A DNA stretch of 64,000 bases, from assembly GCF_000143415.4 (NCBI RefSeq), contig NW_003314277.1, positions 259,183 through 323,182 of the forward strand. The letters are read 5' to 3'. This stretch comes from Selaginella moellendorffii. Its lineage: Eukaryota > Plantae > Lycopodiophyta. How positions within the stretch are numbered: position 1 is the stretch's first letter; each line of letters opens with the position of its first letter. Below the pieces are notes generated by a model that saw only the letters and a program-made list of their open reading frames with translations, searched no databases and was not told the DNA's origin. The translations under genes and the position numbers were made by a program. Shown here in pieces: positions 25,444-38,899 of this stretch.

Positions 25444-27180
25444 ATGGGATGGAATGGAGTGAGAATTAGGCAATGTGGCAATCATATATTGGAAGAATCG
25501 ATGGATGCCACCAAAAATCGATGCAGCAAGCAAGTGATTACAAGCTCCTGGGGCAATAAGAAGATTAAGATGTACGGAGACGCACGAGACATGGAGAGGT
25601 CGCGGCATGCGTTTGATTCCATGTACGGAAGGAATGTGGGGTCCTGGAATATCCTTCTTACAGCAAATGCCCAGAACGGGCATCTAGAGCGGGCATTTGT
25701 GGTGTTTAGCGTTATGCCATGGCGTGACATTGTGTCCTGGAATTCCATGATTGGGGCTTTTGCGAAGAGCGGCGAGAAGGAATATAGAGCTCTAGAATTG
25801 TTTTGGGCGATGGTGGAGGAGGGGATTCATCTCGATAGGATCACAATAACTGCTGCGCTGGAAGCGTGTATGGATCGAATCGAGGTGGAGCGAATCCACC
25901 AAATTCTGGCAAGGATTCCCGAGCTTGAATCGAGCTTAGAGGTGAGAACTACTCTGGTAAAAGTGTATGGGAGAATTGGGTGTTTTGAGAGAGCTAAGCT
26001 TATCTTTGATCGTCCTCGGCGAGATGTCGTGCTATGGACGGGGATGATTCTAGCATATGCCAGGAATGGGCATCTGTGCCTCGCAAGAAGGGTGTTTGAG
26101 AATATGCCACATCACACTGTGGTTTCCTGGAACGTTATCTTAACAGTTTACGCACATGTAAATAATTTCTATGAAGCAAAGAAGATGCTACAACTTATGC
26201 CTATGGCTAGCGTTGTCTCCTGGAATATTCTTCTTACAGCATATGCCCAAACTGGGCATATTTTAGATGCGGTGAGAACTTTTTGTTGCATGGATCTCGA
26301 GGGCCAGTCACCGGTTCAAGTAACTTACCTTGCAGTTCTTGTAGCGATATCTCAAATGGGGGATCTAAAACTTGGAAAAGTGATCCACAATGAGATCGAA
26401 GCTGGCGATTCTAGTAACAGTCCGGAAATCACGACCTCGCTCATTGACATGTATGTGAAATGCGGGCGCTTGGACGATGCAAGGAGCTTCTTTGATGGAA
26501 CCTATGGAATCTCTCTGGGAATCTCCTCGTGGAACGCTATGATCGGAGGATATACCCGGTCTGGTTATACGAAAGAAGCATTTGAGCTCTTCAAGAGAAT
26601 GGATCTGGAAGGAATCCAAGTGAACAGAGTGACGATACTTTCAGTTCTTCCGGCATGCCATAGCTTGCGCGAGGCAAAGCTCGTTCACGCGGCCTTCTCA
26701 AGCAAAAGCCCTGCCATGGAATGGATGGCTGGGATTGGAGCTGAGCTCATCAACGTCTATGGCAAGCACGGCGGTGTGGAAGATGCCTGGCGCATCTTCC
26801 GCAAGATCCACCCGTGCGATCTCTCCGCGTGGACGGCGCTGATTGGAGCAAATGCCGAGAATGGGTACGAGGAGGTCGCGGTTCGAATCTGGCGGTGGAT
26901 GGATCTCGAAGGCATATCTCCGGACCATGTGGCGTTTAACAGCATTCTCTTTGCTTGCAGCCATGGAGGCCTCGTACGCGATGCCGTGGATTTCTTCCAG
27001 CGAATGACGGACGGCTGTGATTTGCTGCCCGAGGTGGATCACTACGTCTGTATCGTCGATCTCTTTGCTCGCACGGGGCAGCTGGAATATGCCGAAGATC
27101 TTCTCGTCCACATGCCGTTTGAGCCAACCTTCGTTGCCTGGACAACGTACCTTGGATATTCCTTATTTTGGGCGGGATAG
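25444..27180 (+). CDS. PLS-class PPR protein ending early in the E domain
   Basis: 578-aa intronless ORF with repeated VSWN.., MYVKCGRLDDA, ACSHGGLV, HYVCIVDLFARTG. Confidence 0.9.
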   Translation: MGWNGVRIRQCGNHILEESMDATKNRCSKQVITSSWGNKKIKMYGDARDMERSRHAFDSMYGRNVGSWNILLTANAQNGHLERAFVVFSVMPWRDIVSWNSMIGAFAKSGEKEYRALELFWAMVEEGIHLDRITITAALEACMDRIEVERIHQILARIPELESSLEVRTTLVKVYGRIGCFERAKLIFDRPRRDVVLWTGMILAYARNGHLCLARRVFENMPHHTVVSWNVILTVYAHVNNFYEAKKMLQLMPMASVVSWNILLTAYAQTGHILDAVRTFCCMDLEGQSPVQVTYLAVLVAISQMGDLKLGKVIHNEIEAGDSSNSPEITTSLIDMYVKCGRLDDARSFFDGTYGISLGISSWNAMIGGYTRSGYTKEAFELFKRMDLEGIQVNRVTILSVLPACHSLREAKLVHAAFSSKSPAMEWMAGIGAELINVYGKHGGVEDAWRIFRKIHPCDLSAWTALIGANAENGYEEVAVRIWRWMDLEGISPDHVAFNSILFACSHGGLVRDAVDFFQRMTDGCDLLPEVDHYVCIVDLFARTGQLEYAEDLLVHMPFEPTFVAWTTYLGYSLFWAG

Positions 27181-27200
27181 AATCTAGGGTTCTTCCAGCT

Positions 27201-28722
27201 ATGGGGGAAGCTGGGCGCCCCGACGAGGTAATAGACGATCTGTCAGCTCCGTTGGAATGCTATGCCGCTGTGGCAAGGATCGGCAAAGATTGGAGCGAGG
27301 CGAGGCGCAGCGGCGAAATCTTTGCGGATAATGCGCTCTCGCAAGCGATGAAGATCCTCGCAGGCGCCCTTCCGGCCGTATTCGAGGATTTGTGTCCGTC
27401 CTGCTGCCAGATCTTGTCGACAAGACTATCGGGGATCGCCACAGGTAAGCTTTGATTTGGAAAACTGGGAGCTTGTTGAAATTTTCTTGTGGCTTTTGGT
27501 CGCAGGCTTGGAGCTAGCTGAGGTCATCGGCAGGAAGTATGCCAGCGTCGATGGGGCATGTACAATGCACAGAGCAGCGAAGGTCCAGAAAGAGGAAGAA
27601 GACTGCGAAGAAGAAGAAGAAGACGAAGAAGATGAAGAAGGAGAAGGATGCTCGGAAACGCAGTCTGTGATGAGTGGAAGTGCCTCGATTTCTCAAAGGG
27701 CGGGCCAGAAGAAAGTGCTGACGCCTCAAGAAAGGGAGCACATCAGGTACTTGCAAGTCGTCAGGAAAAAAGATTTTGTCTGCATGGAGTGGATCAAAGG
27801 CATGAGAGTCAACATACTCCAAGGTCTAGAGCTACATACCAACATCTTCAGTGCCGCGGAACAGTCTCGCCTTCTCGACATGGTTTTCGAGCTTGAGCTC
27901 AAAGGCCAGCGGAACGAGCTCAAAGGTCATGTCTTTGATCCATTTTCTAACGATGGTACTGACGTGGGCTTTTGAGCTTTTAGAACGCACTTATTCCGCT
28001 CCACGGAAGTGGATGCAAGGGAAAGGGAGAGTCACGCTTCAGTTTGGATGCTGCTACAACTATTCTCACGTAAGATTTGAAATTCTCGTGAAGAGTTTCT
28101 AAGCCTTTTTGTTGTCCAGGATAAGTTTGGAAATACTCCAGGCATCTTGCAAGACGAGGAAGTTGATCCGTTGCCGCCACTACTCAAGTCGACCATCAAG
28201 CGCCTCGTTCGCTGGCATGTCCTCTCTCCCACCTGCGTTCCAGACAGCTGCATCGTCAACATCTATGAAATAGGCGACTGTATCCCACCTCATATTGATC
28301 ACCACGACTTTCTACGGCCGTTCTGCACCGTCTCGCTGCTCAGCCAATGCAGCATTGTATTTGGATCGAGCCTGTCCGTCGCTGCACCGGGAGAATTTGA
28401 TGGATCTTTCTCTACACAGTTGCCGGTGGGGTAAGTCCTCTCCTTTCGTTTTTCCACCTTTTTTTTTGTTCGAGGCTTCTCTCATGGCGGTAACTTTTGC
28501 AGGTCGGTGTTGGTTCTCAATGATAACGGTGCTGACGTTGCAAAGCATTGCATTCCTGCTGTTCCATCCAAGAGGTTAGCTGAAAGGAATTTTCAGCTCG
28601 TTTAACGTCACGATTTGCTTTCCCGCAGAGTCTCCCTGACCTTCAGAAAGATGGATCCTCGAAAACGACCGTATGGCTACAGAAGCGATCGAAGCATGGA
28701 GGCAATACCACTCTTGGACTAG
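27201..28722 (+). CDS. AlkB-family 2OG-Fe(II) dioxygenase (ALKBH9-like RNA demethylase), multi-exon
   Basis: NILQGLELHTNIFS, KWMQGKGRVTLQFGCCYNY, PDSCIVNIYEIGDCIPPHIDHHDFLRPF, HCIPAVPSKRVSLTFRKM. Confidence 0.9.
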
Positions 28723-28793
28723 CTAAAGTATCTGCATTTTTCTTTATTTGTTGGTTTTGAACTTCACCGTTCAGTTCCTAGGGTCTGTTTAAG

Positions 28794-30187
28794 ATGGAGA
28801 GCGCTGCGGCAGACGTGATCATCTTGGGGGCTTCTGGATTCACTGGCAAGCGCGTTTTGGGTGAGTTCCTCCGCAAGCTCCCAGAGGACAGGAAGGTGGG
28901 CATAGCTGGGCGAAGCCGCCAAAAGCTGGAGGAGTCCCTCTCTTGGGCTCTCGGACATACGTCTGGAGAACAGAGGCTCAAGTCGTCCGTGCCGATATTC
29001 GAGGCTGATGTTCACGACATGGCTTCTCTTCGGGGGTTGTGCTCGAAAACAAAGTTGCTGGTCAGCTGCGTTGGTCCGTACAGGCTTTATGGAGAGCCTG
29101 TTGTGGCTGCTTGCGTGGAAGCTGGAATAGACTACTTGGACATCACTGGCGAGCCCGAGTTCATGGAAAGGATGAGGGCCAAGTACCACGAGCAGGCCGT
29201 GGACAGGGAAAGTCTGGTGGTGTCCGCTTGTGGGTTCGACAGTGTTCCGGCGGAGTTTGGGGTCATCTTCAATACGAAGCAGTGGCAAGGCTCTTCGAAG
29301 CCCAACAGCATTGACGCCTATCTCACGCTGCGTTCCTCGACGCGGATGAAAGGCAACTTTGCAACTTTTGAGTCTGCGGTCCTGGGAATTGCGAGCGTTG
29401 GGGAGCTTCAAAAGCTCAGGAAGTCGAGGCCAATTAAATCGCCAAGACTCCAGGTTTGTTTGTGCGTCGTCCTGTTTTTTTTTTTTTTCCGTGGATAACT
29501 TTGTTCGTTTACTAGATTCCAGGAGTGCCGCTGAAACGCCCTGCGGTGCACTGGGAGGACGCAGTAAATTCCTGGGCCGTCAAGATCCCTTCGTCCGACG
29601 CAGTCCTGGTTCGTAGGACTCTTGCAACAGTAGCTGAGAACCCAGACGGCCTTCCTACAGCTTCCAAGCATCAAGAACAGTCCTTAAAGCAGTGGACGGA
29701 CATCAAGCCTGTGCTCTTTGGCGTCTACTTGAGCGTCAAGGAGCTCTGGAGGGTCTGCTTTCTGCTGCTCACGGGATTCATTCTCTACGTCCTGGCAAAC
29801 TTTGGTTGGGGTAGAAAGCTCCTGCTCAGCTATCCGGAGGTTTTCACAGGCGGAGTTTTCAGCAAGACGGGGCCTTCGCAGGAGGAGATTGATAACTCCT
29901 CTTTCTCGATGGTGTTCGTGGGCCGCGGCTTCAAGGACGCTAGCAAAGTTCCGCCCGGGAAGAAACAGCAACCGGACATGGAGATCATCACGCGAGTAAC
30001 AGGTCCGGAGATTGGATACGTGACGACGCCTATCATTCTCGTCCAGGCGGCGCTGCTCGTGCTGGAAAACCGCGATAAACTCCCCAAAGGTGGCGTGTGG
30101 ACTCCTGGTGTTGCGTTTGGAACCACGGACTACGAGCAGAGGCTGCAAAACAATGGCTTGTCGTTTGACGTTATTAGCAAGCATTAG
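28794..30187 (+). CDS. Saccharopine dehydrogenase-like oxidoreductase, 2 exons (intron ~29453-29514)
   Basis: ILGASGFTG, CVGPYRLYGEPVV, YLDITGE, ACGFDSVP, GPEIGYVTT, GGVWTPG. Confidence 0.93.
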
Positions 30188-30321
30188 ATAAACCTTGGCC
30201 ATAAAAATTAGATTTATTTTGTGTTCATAATAAACAATATAAAGATTTTACATTGATTTATGTTTAACAAGGTGTGCAGCAAGCTATTATTAATAACTTC
30301 ATTCAGCTCTTGACTTACTGT

Positions 30322-31639
30322 TTAGCAAATTTTCGTTGATGGATCTAAAAATATTCCACTTAAGAAGAACTCTGCTACTATTTGATAATAATGTTGGGTG
30401 TAGTGAAGACCATCCCAAGATATGTAAGTACTGGGATTTAGACAACTTGATACACCAGGTGTTCCACATATTTGGAAAGGAGAATAATTATATGGTGCTC
30501 CAGTTCCGCAGCAAGCATCTCGTATATTAGTAAAACCTGCCTTCAAGTTTAAGTAAATAGCATATATCAGCATCAAACTTACCGTAAGTTGAACTATTTT
30601 GAAGGATCTTATAGTAAGGGTTATACATATCTGCAATGTAGAATTTGGCGTCAGTGTATTGATTTCGTAGAGAAACCACAGCGTCCACAAGTTTTGAGTT
30701 GAAATATTGAGAAATATTATTAAATGCAATAAGGCACTGATAGGAATCATATGCTGTCGGATTTGGAGAGGCAAAAATAGTCTTAAATTGTGGAGTGCAG
30801 CCCAATGGTGTTATTGTGAACACTAAAAAGTTTCTACCACCTTCGTTATAAAGTAACTAGCAAAACAACAGCGCTAAGGTTTTGGTTATTGGAAATCAAA
30901 ATAACCTCACTTGTAAAGAAGATTTGATAGCTGCAACTGCTTGTGGTATAGTAATGTTTGCAATATATGATAGAGATTTATTGTTGTAGATTATATTATT
31001 AATAATGTCATTAATTCCAATTTCTACAGCATAAAGGAAAGTTTGATAAAACTTTGGTGGAGGTAATGACTTCCTATATGCATCTGTTTAAAAACAAAAA
31101 TAGATTAAAATAAAATAGATTAATACTCTCATAATTGCTATAATATAATTACCTCTGTTTGAATTGTAACCTGATTGTAATCTCTGTTTAAACTGCAAAA
31201 ACTGTTGTAGCTGGTAAGAGAAATATATGGGATTTTGAAAGACGGTGTTGAGTGCTGTTGAGCCAGCCTGAGCAAAGTTGACACCAGTCCTATAATCTGG
31301 ATTAATAGTCACAAAATAAGGCTCTGGATACTTGAACTTTAAGCCAGCACCTACGAGAAGATGTTAGAAAAGTTCATAATCACACATAGCCATACTTATG
31401 TAATCAATAATAAGCCTTCCATCTGAAAATCTTCCAGTTGGACTTCCTGGATAAGTTATACCATAAGGAGACTGATTTCCTGGATTACTTGGAAACACAT
31501 TAGCAGAGGCTCCTGTGTCTGAAAGAGAATCCCCAAATATGATTATTCCATCTACACATTGGGGTAGTGGTGGTAAATGTGTGCATAATGCAAAAGAAAA
31601 TAGTATGCTGAAAAATGAAATAATACAGGAAAACCTCAT
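30322..31639 (-). CDS. GDSL esterase/lipase, copy 1, multi-exon
   Basis: Signal peptide, FGDSLSDTG, TGRFSDGRLIIDYI, GVNFAQAG, EIGIND, WDGLHYT. Confidence 0.92.
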
Positions 31640-33349
31640 CTTGTTTGGATGAGGTTTTCTGAGTAGTTTGGATGAATGTTTCCTAGATCACTTAAACATT
31701 TTTAAATTCATATGAAGTGGAGGAAGTCAACTTTGCTACTAATATATTGCAATACTTATAAAGTAATACGTATATATGCTTTCTTTTAGATCTTGCAGTG
31801 CCTATCTAGAAGCATAAGATCCCAACATAATATATGCTCACAATCTATCACAATATAATCTCACCCATATTTTGTTAGATGTTAGTTGGACAAATTTGCA
31901 CGAAACTAGAAAAGAATCTAACTATGCTCGCCTAGATAAACATAAAGGTGTTTTATTAAAATAGAAAATTGTTCAAATAGAAAAGATTGTAGCTTGTTGT
32001 GCTATTTTAGGAATAAATTATAATCTTTCAAATTAATAAAAATAATTATTATAAAGTTATGGTGGCTGTTAACTACAAGGTTGGAGTGTCAAACCTGCTT
32101 TGTAAAAAATAATAATGGGAACTAATATTTTTAACACTAAAGCCATAATATTATACTCTAGATCACTAAATCCAAGACTAAACTTTACTTCCAGCTTGGT
32201 ATATCTTCAAACTCTCCCAAATGTAAAATAAATTATAATCAAACTTTAAAAACATAAGAGGAAATACTTTAACCTTATTCCAAAATAAATCTCAATCTCC
32301 TTGTGTTTGTAACAACTTGTATAGCTTAAAAAAAGAGAGATTGAATACAGGATCTTCTTATTTTGAGCTTTTGTAGGAAAGAGAGCTTTATTGAGCACCA
32401 GGACAATAATAGCCAAAGTACTTAGACAACAGCTAAGGAACTCCTCCTACCTTCATGCAGGGAGAATTTAAGCTCTTCCAGCCATCAAATAGTACTAATT
32501 ATCTCAACCATAAGATCCAACAGAAGTGTAAGATTTTTAAACCATAGTAAGAAAATAAATCACAACCATTAAAATTATCTATCAAAAAAATTAAAACAGT
32601 ATAAAAATAAGAACATATTCCACTAATGCAGACCATTTTTATGAGGTACTTAATTTTAACTTAATCTGTATAAAAGAAATTTAGTTTCTATAAAACTTTA
32701 TAAACTCCTAAATAGTTATTATTTTAGTGGGTATCATTTGTGTTCACTAGAGGACTCCTTAAGTAGAATATATGGCTTTTTCCATAAGAAAATAAAATAT
32801 ATAATATAGTGGTAAAACAAAGTAATTAAAAAATGTAGCTAAAATACGCTAAAATTACATTATAATTTTTAATATAAAATATTTTAAAACTTTTTATATT
32901 TTGAATTATAAAAATCACAAATATTTTTAGAATAAAGCTATGAGTGCATGGAATATGGATATGGAATACAGAAATGTGCATATCAATTAACCCAAAAACC
33001 CTAACTTATATACAAAAGTGAGTGGTCTAGATTGAAGTTAATATGACAACTATCAAAATCCCATTATACTAATATTAGTGTACGGTCATTAATATTAATA
33101 TATAGCATTGTAACTATACACTTAAAGCTCATATCATCCTATCCTCTCAGAAGGATAGAAGGCAGTTAGGGTTTGTTGGTTGACAGACCAGAATCTTGAG
33201 GAACACTAGGAGGAGGCACTGGTAGATCTGTAGGTAGTACTAGTTATTTCTAATTATTTTGTGTTTCAACTATTGTATATGTAAAATTTTTGGAAGATTA
33301 GCCTATTGAATATCTTATAAACTTGTAGTTCAATTTGCTACAACACTTA

Positions 33350-34090
33350 ATATGGTCCTTTCCACTGAGCAAAAAGCCCTTTAGATAAACCACATACTGT
33401 AAAATTGAGAAAACAAACTAATACTAAATCATCCACTTTGTACTTTGTAATTGGATGATAATGGGAATTGTAATGCTATTGTTATCCCACTTGTATGTGG
33501 CTTAAATGTTTAGTAGACTTTGCTCAAACAAATGGAAGAATGTTCATTAAATACTAATCCCAAGATTTAGTATTGACAACTTGTAGCAATCACAAAGGTA
33601 AACTCAATTCCATTGTTAATATCAAATTATAACTATATAAAAGTTTATATGGTAAAGCATCAATAAAACTTTGTACCTTTATGATATATGTATACCAAAG
33701 AAATGGCAAATAACCATTTTTATCCAAATGCTAAAGTTTACATACTTCATGATCATCTCTTTAAAGATCCAAATGAGCTATTCCACTAAACCATCTATTT
33801 GTATATGATAAACATTTGCAAAAGTGTGGTGTATCCCTAACCTAAATGTTAAAATGTAACCATAAATGTGGGATCATTATCCAAAAAAAATGCTCTAGAC
33901 AACATTGTTAGAATACCACTCAATTGAGGAAGAAGTATCTAATAATAGTTGCAAACAAAAGCACAAATTTCCACTCAGCAAGTTAAAAACAATAATAACA
34001 TACTCATTGTTAGCAGTTAAGTATGGAAAATGCCCCATCAAATCAAATGCCATTAACACAAATGAATAGGAAACTACAATTAATTATAAT
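33350..34090 (-). pseudogene. Heavily decayed Gypsy integrase remnant
   Basis: Minus-strand SFVLMAFDLMGHFP..NNEYVII and LGIHHTFANVYHIQIDGLVE resemble integrase core motifs; many stops. Confidence 0.55.
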
Positions 34091-37000
34091 TGTCCTTTTG
34101 CAATTATATATATATTATTAATAATTATTTTTAGTAATTCTGCTTTTAATATATTATTTTTCTTGAAATATTAACATTCTAATCTTGTTTATATCTCAAG
34201 TAAAAACATAAAATATATATAACTATAACAAGCAATTTGTGCTTGCAAGTTTTTGGGAGGTACACCTTTCAAGATGGGAGGTGTACCTAGAGTGGGTATC
34301 CCAGCAAAAAAATGTTTTCTATAGTAATATAATCTTGAATATGTTAGGTCAAAATCAACTTTTATAATTTTATTTTAATAGTACTTAAAAATATATCAAG
34401 AAAATTATATTTTATACAAATGGCCTGTTTAGATATCACTGAAACATATAAAACCTAACACTAGGTGATTATATATAAAAGCTGTTACCACTGAAGTGGC
34501 TAAATTTGGGTTTGTTTAGATTTATAAGTTTGTAAGGCTATAATGAAAGCTCCAATTGTTAATATAAATAAATTAAACAAAAAAAGTATATATTATATTC
34601 TTATATCTAGCCTTAGTCGTTTACAATTTAACTCCTTACCAGAAAAAGAATTTGATTAAGCAGTAATATTTAAAATACTTTTTCTAACTAAAAATGTAGT
34701 ATTTTTAGTACATATTATGGAATATAATATTTGAATTTACAGTTTATATAACATATATATTATAAAACATTTTCTTAGTAATTATTTCCTTGACTTTATC
34801 TAGGTAGTAATATATTAATGTTTCTTAAAATCTTATTGTTCTATACTCATTAAAACACATAACTAAGCAAGGTCTTGCTAATAACTAAATTAGTAATAAT
34901 TATTCTTACTAATTATTATCTTACTTTTGTTTGATAAATATTGATATAAGCTCATCCCTTTAAATATATTCATATTTCCAAATAGTACTTTGTATCTGAT
35001 TTTTTATTAATAAATATTTATTCTTACTTATGCTTAGGAATATATTATATTCTAATATATTCATTGATTTTTATATTCACCCAGCATTTGCTGGGTAATA
35101 CTTGTATATTAATAATAATTTTAGGATATAAGGAGTAAAGGTTTTACAAAATTATCGCTTCGGTTAGCACTGTTGGGGTGGGTCATGCTGGCAGGCTGGG
35201 CTGTGGGCGCCAAGGCCAGGTTTTCATACTCAAGGTGTCACGAGCTATGCTGGGAAGATGTTTTGATTGGGGAGGGAGGCTAGGAGAGAGCTCTGGCTCA
35301 TGTCCAAGCTCCACAGCTGCAATGGACTGGAATAGTCTCCTTGGCAGGCTTCATGAGGAGAGGAATGGTGGGTAGTGATGCAGGTGTGCAATGCTCATCA
35401 CCCCAGAGGTGATGAGCTGCAAGGGCCCTAGCCACAGCCACAGCTATGACAGCATACTGATCTCTCAACAATCGAAGGTAAATACTTTCTTTGGAATTCT
35501 TGCTCTTTTTTCTAAAAAATAAGGCTTTTTTACTTGTAGAGATGGCAGCGCTAGCTATTTAAGCAAGGTATTTACAGTCTCTTCTCTTCTAAAGGTTTAC
35601 AATCTCTTGTATGCTCTCAGGTAGATAAGCTCTTCTGGACCTATTTTTGTGGTGCTTTGCGGCTAAAGTTGAGCAGAGAGTGAATTGCCAATGTCTGTTG
35701 TCCAAAACAGGGTAATTTAGGGCAAATTGTGCATGACTAACGAAAGCTTACATGCTGCATGCAGAAGTTGTTTACATGAAAGCATTCCTTAAAAAAAAAA
35801 AACTTGGATGATTGCCTATTAATTTAAACCAGTTTTTTTTCTCCATATATTTATTTCTCATAGAAAACAGCTATTTCAAGGTTGTAATGATGCTACTTAC
35901 AAGTAGTAAGACCATTATTAAACTACCATTTTCTATATCATTTAAAACTCTTATTTATATTGAACTTTTCTTGGTCTTCATAAAATTTAAAGTTCCTTTT
36001 TATCTCAAATATTGAATTTTTTTCTCTTGGTGCAAAAAGTCTTATAAACTGTTGATTGTTGAAACTATGTGAAGTTGATAAATCCTGTTAGGGTTGTATT
36101 AAAAATGTCATATTCAGTAAAAATGGAGCTAAGATAAAAATAAGATAAATGGTAAAGAAGATATATAAAGTTTCTCTTATGTAAAAGTTTTTTGAAATAG
36201 TTTTTGTATCTTTGGGTGGATGGTAAAATTACAGCATTGATATTTTACTTTATCTTTCCTTATCATTTGATCATTGCAAGTATTATTACATCAGCACAAA
36301 GGAGCCTTGAAGGTTTTTTATCTATGATATAAGAAAAAAAAACTCTTAGTACATAAGGAGAAAAATAAATAAGAAATATGAGCTTCTTACATTAGGTCCT
36401 TTACACATACACAACTAAAGCAAAACTTTTGAGACAATTAACAGCAAAATGGAAAATAAAAACACTTGATGCTACATACTTATACTTAATTGACTCCACA
36501 CTACGATTTTAAAACGACTTAAAACTGCTCTATAAAGTATATAGAATGTATGGACAATCTAATAATTGTCTATCTTTGAAATAAACTACTCATTACTATC
36601 TTTCATGGAATGACATCTAGATGATGAATATTTCAAACCATCTTAAGTTCCACCAACTAATAAATTATAAGGATATAGCAAATGCAGGATGCAATGAATA
36701 TAGATGGTAGCAAATTCTAGAAAAATTAACTTTGTATGCATTGAAAATAATAACTTTGCCAATCAAGATACATAATAGAAAACCTATTGTCACTTGGATT
36801 TTTGCAAAGCTAGGGCTTTGCTAGTTTGTCATGAATTTTAGGTATTTCTTCTATAGATGGTAGTGAATATACTTAGTTGTCCCAGAAAGAGGAGAGATTT
36901 TCTTACCTATAGAATGATGGGTGGGGAGTGGAGGCTCTCGGGCAGTTGGGGAATCGCAGTTGCCTAACTCTACTTCCCATACAAACAAGAGTTGGCTTGC

Positions 37001-38899
37001 TTGCCAAGGTTATATCGTGGTGCTTTGATGGCTCCTCTTGTGTGCCTCACCTTGTGGGCTTCCTGTACCCATTGGCCGAAGGAAACGGTGCTCAAGTGCT
37101 CTAGTGGCAAGCACATGCAGCATCTGTCCAGGTGTTACCCAATTGGCGATCTAGACATAGAACTCCTAACATAGAATGCCTGAGCAGTGTTGCATGTATG
37201 AGTGCTCATGGCCATTAGCTAGTGGCGTGGGGGGCTCCCCAATATTGATGGGGGGTGGGGTTGTGCAAGGGTTCTCGACTGTGAAGAGAGCCTTGGCATA
37301 GCTTCCCTAACACCCGCTCCAATGTTCAGTAGAGTCGTGTTGTGTGGTCCATGGGCATGACCTTGGGACCACATCTGCATGCCTGTTGGGCAAGGGGGAG
37401 GGAGGCAACAGTGTGGTCCTTCGGGCTTCCAAGGGAGGCAAGCCTCGGGGGTGGTGTGGCTGCTTGGCAAGGGCCAATGTCATGCAGTAGGAAAGGGGAG
37501 GGGCCCCCACCTACCGTACGACAGAGGGAGGAAGGGGGGAGGACTCTCCAAGGCCCAAAGAGCGTAGCTATGCTTAAATATTTTAGAATAGTTTACCTTA
37601 GACAATTTTGTATTTAACTTTCTAAACACTTTTTAGTATATTTTATCATCTAATTGGTTGATATGCAATCAGATTAATCTTGTGTTTATAAATTATTAGC
37701 ATGTTTATAATTATTGATTAATTATATTAATAATAATACTAAACAAGAGAAGAAACCAAGCATTACTATATGCATCATGAAGTAAGTTAATGAGTAATAT
37801 GTTTTTTAACTATAAAAAATAAAAGTAAAGGTGTTCATTGCTCTTTCTCACTCTTTAAGATACTGCCATTATTCAAGGTATTCCATGTGAAAAAAAGGTT
37901 TATTGCTAAGCTTGAGCACAAAAAATTGATTGCTATCTCTTATATCACCTAGAAATGAACATCTAGATACCATGCAAACCAACACGAGATCATACTCAAC
38001 TGTGCTTTTATAAGTATTTAAATTTAGTTGTAAGCCTACTTAACTATAGTTGTGTAGAGCAAGAGGTTGAAATGACACTTTAAAAGAGTGGCCTCTTCCT
38101 CTTGACCATTGTAATAAGTTGGAATAAATTAGACTAGCTGTCCACTCAATTGTGATCTTGATCGTTGTGTTAAGTTGGAATGGAATTAGACCAATTACCC
38201 ACTCAATCATGACTTTGGAAACTTTATGTTTTTGGCTAGAGGTGCATTTGTGTAATTCCCCCCGATTTCTCTAATTGTATTTATATTTTTTGAGTTGAAT
38301 TTTAAGGAAAAATTTCAGCTTTGACAACAGCCGAAGCTGATCAAGTGCAACTAGTAGCTTGACTCTAGAGGAATTTGATAGTTAGGTACTCCTAAATAAG
38401 GGAGGAGGCTATATTATGCAAATTAGCTGCAGTTGGTACCTTGAGTATTATTCTCAAGAAATGTTTTGAGCCCTTGGCAGCATATCTAAATCCCTGACAG
38501 AATATGCTCCTTCAATTTCCTTGCACATATGTATAGTATTATTCTCAAATGTGCAACAGACCTAGTAGCATATTCTAAATCCAATTGAGCTTTGCTAAGT
38601 TTAAAGGGTGTTCATCCCTTTAGCATTTTATGTTATGTGCTCTATTCATGGCCTAACTTTATGACCTTCCTATGGGTCTTTCTTAAAAACTACTTTCTTG
38701 GACTCACTATATTGCTTATTTCCTTTATGTGTTTTTCCCACTTGGTCACCTCGACCAAGTCATACCATTGCCAATAATTCAAATTAACACTTTGAATCGA
38801 GAACCTTGTTTCTTAACCTAGCAAAAACCTTATTTTTGTTTATCCATATGATCATATAGTGATATCACTTTGACATTTTAATAGGTTTGCCAAAAGGTA

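Noticed and set aside
35079-35105. Helitron-like 3' end (ACCCAGC-ATTT-GCTGGGT hairpin then CTTG|T)
   Set aside because: The terminus is not CTRR, and no 5' end or Rep/helicase remnant was identified.
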